A stretch of DNA of 63,428 bases, filler included, from Planctomycetota bacterium (GTDB lineage: Bacteria > Planctomycetota > Planctomycetia > JALXBF01), in the NCBI GenBank assembly GCA_026991575.1. It is 3 parts of 3 records of this genome, joined end to end, with 100 filler letters (N's around TTAATTAATTAA, not from the genome) between each part and the next. Parts side by side here need not be neighbours in the genome. Positions count along the whole stretch, not along the records: positions 33,184 to 63,428 come from JALXBF010000009.1; 2 more parts are not named here. The stretch is one strand, 5' to 3'. Positions within the stretch are counted from its first letter, which is position 1. Each line of letters starts with the position of its first letter. The position numbers and the translations under genes were made by a program. The notes under the pieces are model-generated. The model was not told the DNA's origin, made no database searches, and was given only the letters and a program-made list of their open reading frames with translations. Positions 59,310-63,428 of the stretch are shown here, piece by piece.

Positions 59310-60884
59310 TTACACAGGGATGCTCATCACGTCCAGCTTTATGGTCTGCCTGTCAGAGGCAAGTATCTCAGCGATACGCTTGATCCCGTCTGCCATTTCG
59401 TTGGTGTTCTTGGCGATCTGGACCTGCACCTGCTCTCGCCGCTTGCCGAACGCTGCACGCACGGCTTCAGCAGTGCCAAGCATTGCCGTCTTGGCCAGCC
59501 GCTGTGGCAGGCTCAGCATCTCCCGCTGGACCTTCTCTGCACCGGACTCTTTAGCTTTCTTCTCTCCCTTCGATGTTTCCTTTGCTGCCTGTTGCTGAAC
59601 CTCCTTTACGGCTTTCGCGGGATCGACCTTTTTGAGTTGCGCTGCTTCGATCTTGGCAGCTTCGACTCCCTTTAGTCGCTGCGCGTGCAGCTCAGCCAGC
59701 TGTTGTGTAAGCTCCCCCAGCCTTTCCCGAAGTTGGCCTACGGCCTCTGACTCCACAAACTCAGGTAGCTGCAGCTTCTCTGTCTGAGCCTTGAAACCTT
59801 CCAGTAGTGGGGTAAGCTGGATGTCGATTGCGTCCTTACCAAGCGACGTGACGTAATCCCAGATCTCCGAGAAGATCTCGCGCACGTTCTTGGCGAGGTT
59901 GAGAAAGATCGTGATCACCGCGTTTGCAACGTCCTTGAAAATCGTGCGCCAATTGCGGCCAACCCACAGTAGGGTGTCGACAATCGCCTGGCCAAGCCAC
60001 TTGATGCGGTCCCACATTGCGAGAAGCTGCATGGCTGCTGACGTCTTGATGATTTCCCAGGTCAACCGCCAGTTCTCGATCAGTGTGCCAGTCCACTGCA
60101 CCACGCTGGTAAACCACCGAACCACGGCGGTGAGGTCGAACGCCTTTGCGATGCCTTGGCCGATTGTGGTTAGCAGCTGGGCCATGTTGTCCTTGAATGT
60201 GGACCACACGCCAGCGAGCGTTTGGGACTGCTTTTCCATTGCACCGGCAAAACGCTCCTGCATACCAACCAGGATTGCATTGATGCCGGTGGCTGCATCG
60301 ATGGCCCCCTGTTGGGCCATCTTCATCGCAGTCGGTATGTCAACACCAATTGCCTTGGCCAGCATTTCCCATGCCGGGATGCCAAGCTCGGCAAGTTGCA
60401 ACATTTCCTCAGCGGAAACCTTACCCTTAGCGCGCATCTGGCCAAGGGCTCTTATAACACGCTCGATCTCAGCCTGACCACCACCAAGGGCTGCGACTGC
60501 ATCGCCAACGGCACGTATCATTGGCATGACGTCCTTGGCCGCGAACCCGAAGGCCAGCATCTGACGCGCCGAAGCCGCGAGCCCCTCGAACTGGAATGGT
60601 GTCGTTGCGGCGAATGCGCGCAAGTCCTCGATCATCTTGCGTGCTGCGTCAGCAGACCCCAGGAGTGTCTCAAAGGCTACGGTAGTCTGCTCAAGGTCGG
60701 CTGCGAGCTGGATCGAGCGAGACACTGCTTCGAACGCTTCGCGAACCCCAAGAAGAGCCCCCCCGAGAATTGCCATCCGCTTGACGAAGCCGCGTACCTG
60801 CGCACCGGCCCTGTTCAGCGCGCGCTCAAACTGGATCGTGTTTGCGGTCAGGACCGCGCTGAACGTGCCTATCTTGGTCGCCAT
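59310..60884 (-). CDS. tape measure protein
   Basis: FETLLGSA..A, FAATTPF, GKVSAEEMLQLAE.GIP, T..G.WST.KDN. Confidence 0.92.
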   Translation of the reverse strand: MATKIGTFSAVLTANTIQFERALNRAGAQVRGFVKRMAILGGALLGVREAFEAVSRSIQLAADLEQTTVAFETLLGSADAARKMIEDLRAFAATTPFQFEGLAASARQMLAFGFAAKDVMPMIRAVGDAVAALGGGQAEIERVIRALGQMRAKGKVSAEEMLQLAELGIPAWEMLAKAIGVDIPTAMKMAQQGAIDAATGINAILVGMQERFAGAMEKQSQTLAGVWSTFKDNMAQLLTTIGQGIAKAFDLTAVVRWFTSVVQWTGTLIENWRLTWEIIKTSAAMQLLAMWDRIKWLGQAIVDTLLWVGRNWRTIFKDVANAVITIFLNLAKNVREIFSEIWDYVTSLGKDAIDIQLTPLLEGFKAQTEKLQLPEFVESEAVGQLRERLGELTQQLAELHAQRLKGVEAAKIEAAQLKKVDPAKAVKEVQQQAAKETSKGEKKAKESGAEKVQREMLSLPQRLAKTAMLGTAEAVRAAFGKRREQVQVQIAKNTNEMADGIKRIAEILASDRQTIKLDVMSIPV

Positions 60885-61186
60885 AGGTCCTCACCAGCAG
60901 ATCCAACAGGGCTATCGCGTCCTGCACCGTCTGCGACCTTACTTTCCATCCACGCGGCAGAAAGTCAGTCAGCTTATACCTTCGGCTCGAGTGCGTGTTA
61001 GCGATAACCGTCGCTATAAGAGCAGCGCGCAACCAGTCGTCCCATGGCTCGAGCTCGTAGTAAGCCATCCATGCAAGGTACTCTCCATATCCAATGGAGC
61101 ATTCGAGCTCACGCACACCGCGTCGCAACAGTGACGCCAGCCTGAACCGCATCCGGTATTCTGCGTCGGTCAGGAGCCTTTTTTTT
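60826..61186 (-). CDS. tail assembly chaperone, -1 frameshift extension (gpT-like)
   Basis: The -1 frame from the A8 run reads KKRLLTDAEYRMRFRLA...WMAYYELEPW. Confidence 0.8.
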
Positions 61187-61517
61187 CCTCGTCGATCCCC
61201 CCGTCCAGCAGACCGGACACGGAAAGAATCGCGTTGCTGATTCGGATTAGCGCTGACGCCCCAGCTCTTGCCAGGTGTGCTTCGTCGCCTGGCTGAAACA
61301 CTGGGTTTCCACCTTCATCAACAACCGCCATGCGCACGATGCGGGCACGCATGTCCAGGGGCACCTCGCCACCCTTTATCTCTCGGCCTAGGGCGTCAAC
61401 CTCGGCAATCGTCAGCTCTCTGACGTAGACGTACCCACCCCACTCAGGCACATCCACACGCTCGGTGCGTAGCCTGCGGCTCAGGATTGCGTCACGCGTC
61501 AGCGGCTCTAGGCCCAT
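61170..61517 (-). CDS. tail assembly chaperone (gpG-like)
   Basis: LTRDAIL...VDVPEWGGYVYVRELT...VVDEGGNPVF...EEKK. Confidence 0.85.
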   Translation of the reverse strand: MGLEPLTRDAILSRRLRTERVDVPEWGGYVYVRELTIAEVDALGREIKGGEVPLDMRARIVRMAVVDEGGNPVFQPGDEAHLARAGASALIRISNAILSVSGLLDGGIDEEKKGS

Positions 61518-61885
61518 GTCGGTTTACCCGTTAGCTTCCAGCGCAGGGTCATGGTCACTCGGTCGTCAAGTGGGCATCCGACCGACACTTCGGTCAGGAT
61601 GGCTTCGCAGGAGAAGGATGGCCCGGATGTACCGCCATCAGGCACAGGAAACGTGATGGTAAGGGTACCTTTCTGTCCGGGTAGAGGACCGGCACCGTTC
61701 ATTAGCACCTCTGTTTCCACCTCGCCAGGGTCCTTAGCGCCGGCGAGGAACTCTCTATAACCGTCCGTTGAGCCCTGGTGGGTGACGTCTACTGCGTTCG
61801 CCGAAAGCCCAGAGACGTCCACCGACACTAGCTCACCAGTAAAGCCAGGACCGCTAACCGTTGCGCCAAGACCAACCATCGCCAT
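61508..61885 (-). CDS. major tail tube protein
   Basis: VDVTH..S.DGYREFLAG.KDPGE, ending LTGKPTW. Confidence 0.85.
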   Translation of the reverse strand: MAMVGLGATVSGPGFTGELVSVDVSGLSANAVDVTHQGSTDGYREFLAGAKDPGEVETEVLMNGAGPLPGQKGTLTITFPVPDGGTSGPSFSCEAILTEVSVGCPLDDRVTMTLRWKLTGKPTWA

Positions 61886-61887
61886 GG

Positions 61888-62295
61888 CTAATCCTCCACA
61901 TACCAGGTGCGAGCAGTTACCGACGCTGAGTAAAGAGCGACGTCGCTTCCGTCCGGCACCTGGACTTCGATGGCTGGGCCGTCCACGACGATAGCGACGG
62001 CCTTGCCAAGCACGATGTGCCGGCCAGCTAAGCAACGCCTAACGGCTGCTGCTACTTGCATCGCCTCGCTGTAGCTATAGCTCCACACCGTAACCTGGCA
62101 GGTAGCCTGGACTAGCCCTGTCCGCCCCCCCTGATACTGCACGTCGTCGGTATCGATCCGCTCACAGACAAGACACGGCAGTGCCACGTCCGGTGGCGCG
62201 GGCACGGCGTAGACACGGTCGCGGACGTGGTACACCACGTCAGCGTTGGTGCGCAGCAACTCCAGCAAGTACTCCTCGGCACTACGCACGAGCAC
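61888..62295 (-). CDS. tail terminator (DUF3168-like)
   Basis: RVY...P....P..V..RI, QVTVWS.SY.EA..VA.AVR..L, plus gene position. Confidence 0.8.
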   Translation of the reverse strand: MLVRSAEEYLLELLRTNADVVYHVRDRVYAVPAPPDVALPCLVCERIDTDDVQYQGGRTGLVQATCQVTVWSYSYSEAMQVAAAVRRCLAGRHIVLGKAVAIVVDGPAIEVQVPDGSDVALYSASVTARTWYVED

Positions 62296-62770
62296 GCCGC
62301 ACCTCCTGCTTCATCCCAGCGATGAGTTCGCGAGTGAAGATAGCCTTATATGTTCCCATCATCGCTCTTATAGTAGGGTTCAGGAACGGCTGCGGACGCT
62401 GCCCCATTTTCGATCCGCGCTCGACCAGGTGCGCGTACCGCGTGGGCACGCGTACTCCACGTTTTCCCTTGCCCTTTGGGTCAGGCCGTGTGTAGCCTTT
62501 CTTGGGCCCGATAATACCGGTTACAATTCCTCCCTTGGCCTTGTGCGTGACCCTAACAACAAGGCTTATCGATCCCCTTAGGGCACCAGTTTCCTTCGGA
62601 GCAGCACGCTTTACAGCCTTTCGAAGCGGCCGTCCTGCCTTCGTGATCGCCTTGCGAAGCACGCGGTTTCTCACGCCGCGCTTCCACTTCGCAAGGATGC
62701 GCAGGAACCGCTCGACGCCCTCGATCTCAAACCGCTGCGTAACACCTGGATTCTTCTTGCGGCTCCCCAT
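62282..62770 (-). CDS. HK97 gp10-like tail completion protein
   Basis: APKETGALRGSI, YAHLVERG, QPFLNP. Confidence 0.85.
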   Translation of the reverse strand: MGSRKKNPGVTQRFEIEGVERFLRILAKWKRGVRNRVLRKAITKAGRPLRKAVKRAAPKETGALRGSISLVVRVTHKAKGGIVTGIIGPKKGYTRPDPKGKGKRGVRVPTRYAHLVERGSKMGQRPQPFLNPTIRAMMGTYKAIFTRELIAGMKQEVRRARA

Positions 62771-63096
62771 TAGCTCGGCTCTGTCTCATGCGCTAAGATC
62801 TCGACGCTCCTGTTCCGCGCGTCGACGTTGATGACACGGCTGATATCCAGTACCTTTCCTCGCCACTCAATGCGCCAGCCGCTGTCGATGTCGCCCTGGT
62901 ACCGCATCCACACGCGATAGACCGTGGTGCGACTGTGCAGATCGCCCCCCTGCACGTACTCGCGTGCCCGGATGGGGGCAACATGGGCGCGGTCGTCGCG
63001 CACGTACTGGTACGTCACGCGGGCCTGGCCGACAGCGTCCCGCGTGCGGACCGGGCGGTACAGCTTTATTACCTCTCGCAGGCGACCGGATTCCAT
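62770..63096 (-). CDS. head-tail adaptor (head closure)
   Basis: GRLRE.I, D.VG, MRY..DI..GWRI. Confidence 0.88.
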   Translation of the reverse strand: MESGRLREVIKLYRPVRTRDAVGQARVTYQYVRDDRAHVAPIRAREYVQGGDLHSRTTVYRVWMRYQGDIDSGWRIEWRGKVLDISRVINVDARNRSVEILAHETEPS

Positions 63097-63428
63097 CAGA
63101 CGAACTCGTACACGCGATACGCACGAACGACAGCGTCTACCGCAGCCGGAGTCTCGTAGAGCTGGCGCTCACCGACGGCCTCGCGGTGCTCGTACCAGTG
63201 CGCCGCTAGCGCCAGCACAGCCTGTCGCAGATCCCACGGGCACGCGCTGTAGCCAGCCTTATACTCCACTTGCACAGCGTCGCTGCGCCTGTACAAGGCC
63301 GGCAGTGACTTGCCTTGCACCCACTCTATCCAGCCAGGATCCTTGTGTGTGATGGTGCGGTAGTAGCTGCTGTCGAGAGTTTGCAGTGTGTCGGTCGCGT
63401 CGTAGTACTTGACTGACTCGACCGACAC
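63096..63428 (-). CDS. head-tail connector, 3' part
   Basis: V.VEYKAGY..CP.DLRQAVL.LAAHWYEHRE. Confidence 0.9.
   Translation of the reverse strand: MSVESVKYYDATDTLQTLDSSYYRTITHKDPGWIEWVQGKSLPALYRRSDAVQVEYKAGYSACPWDLRQAVLALAAHWYEHREAVGERQLYETPAAVDAVVRAYRVYEFV
63302..63428 (+). repeat. 127-bp terminal direct repeat, copy 2
   Basis: Identical to 33184-33310. Confidence 0.98.

Larger units (their letters stand above)
33184..63428. mobile_element. complete circular siphovirus-like phage genome (30,118 bp after removing the overlap)
   Basis: Full head, tail and packaging gene set. The 127-bp ends are identical and restore one continuous gene. Confidence 0.95.

Noticed and set aside
63302..63428. 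127-bp repeat as a biological terminal repeat or att site
   Set aside because: It falls mid-gene and equals a common assembler k-mer length, so it indicates circularity only.
33184..63428. Genome-wide stop-codon reassignment in the phage
   Set aside because: Genes are intact in code 11 and many end in TGA with ATGA/GTGA coupling. Only the UGA at 45370 looks recoded.

Overview
The window joins three contigs with artificial N-TTAATTAATTAA-N linkers at 2720-2819 and 33084-33183. Contig 1 (1-2719) and contig 2 (2820-33083) are chromosomal DNA of a GC-rich planctomycete-like bacterium. They carry tRNA-Leu(GAG), a DUF1559 protein with lipoproteins, an IS4-like fragment, acs, hemB, glnA with a sigma54 promoter, nadK-dxs-ispA, xseAB, a DUF502-HemC fusion, dnaB-rplI-ssb-rpsF-pth-rplY, rpsU, infA, panD, a FliA/WhiG sigma factor and a CCA enzyme. 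Contig 3 (33184-63428) has identical 127-bp ends, so it is an apparently complete circular siphovirus-like genome of about 30.1 kb with an HK97-type head. I recognise no integrase and no muralytic endolysin in it. The most striking observations are in the phage. (1) Two perfect, outward-facing sigma54 (-24/-12) promoters flank a tandem palindrome that looks like a shared enhancer, and the phage encodes no activator. (2) The leftward operon from this switch includes a candidate Csx15/16/20-like ring-nuclease anti-CRISPR. (3) A secreted trypsin-like protease has a UGA followed at once by an 11-bp hairpin and 91 more open codons, suggesting recoding. (4) A protease, esterase, nuclease and holin cassette sits where lysis genes would be expected. 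All family assignments come from motif recognition by eye, not database searches.
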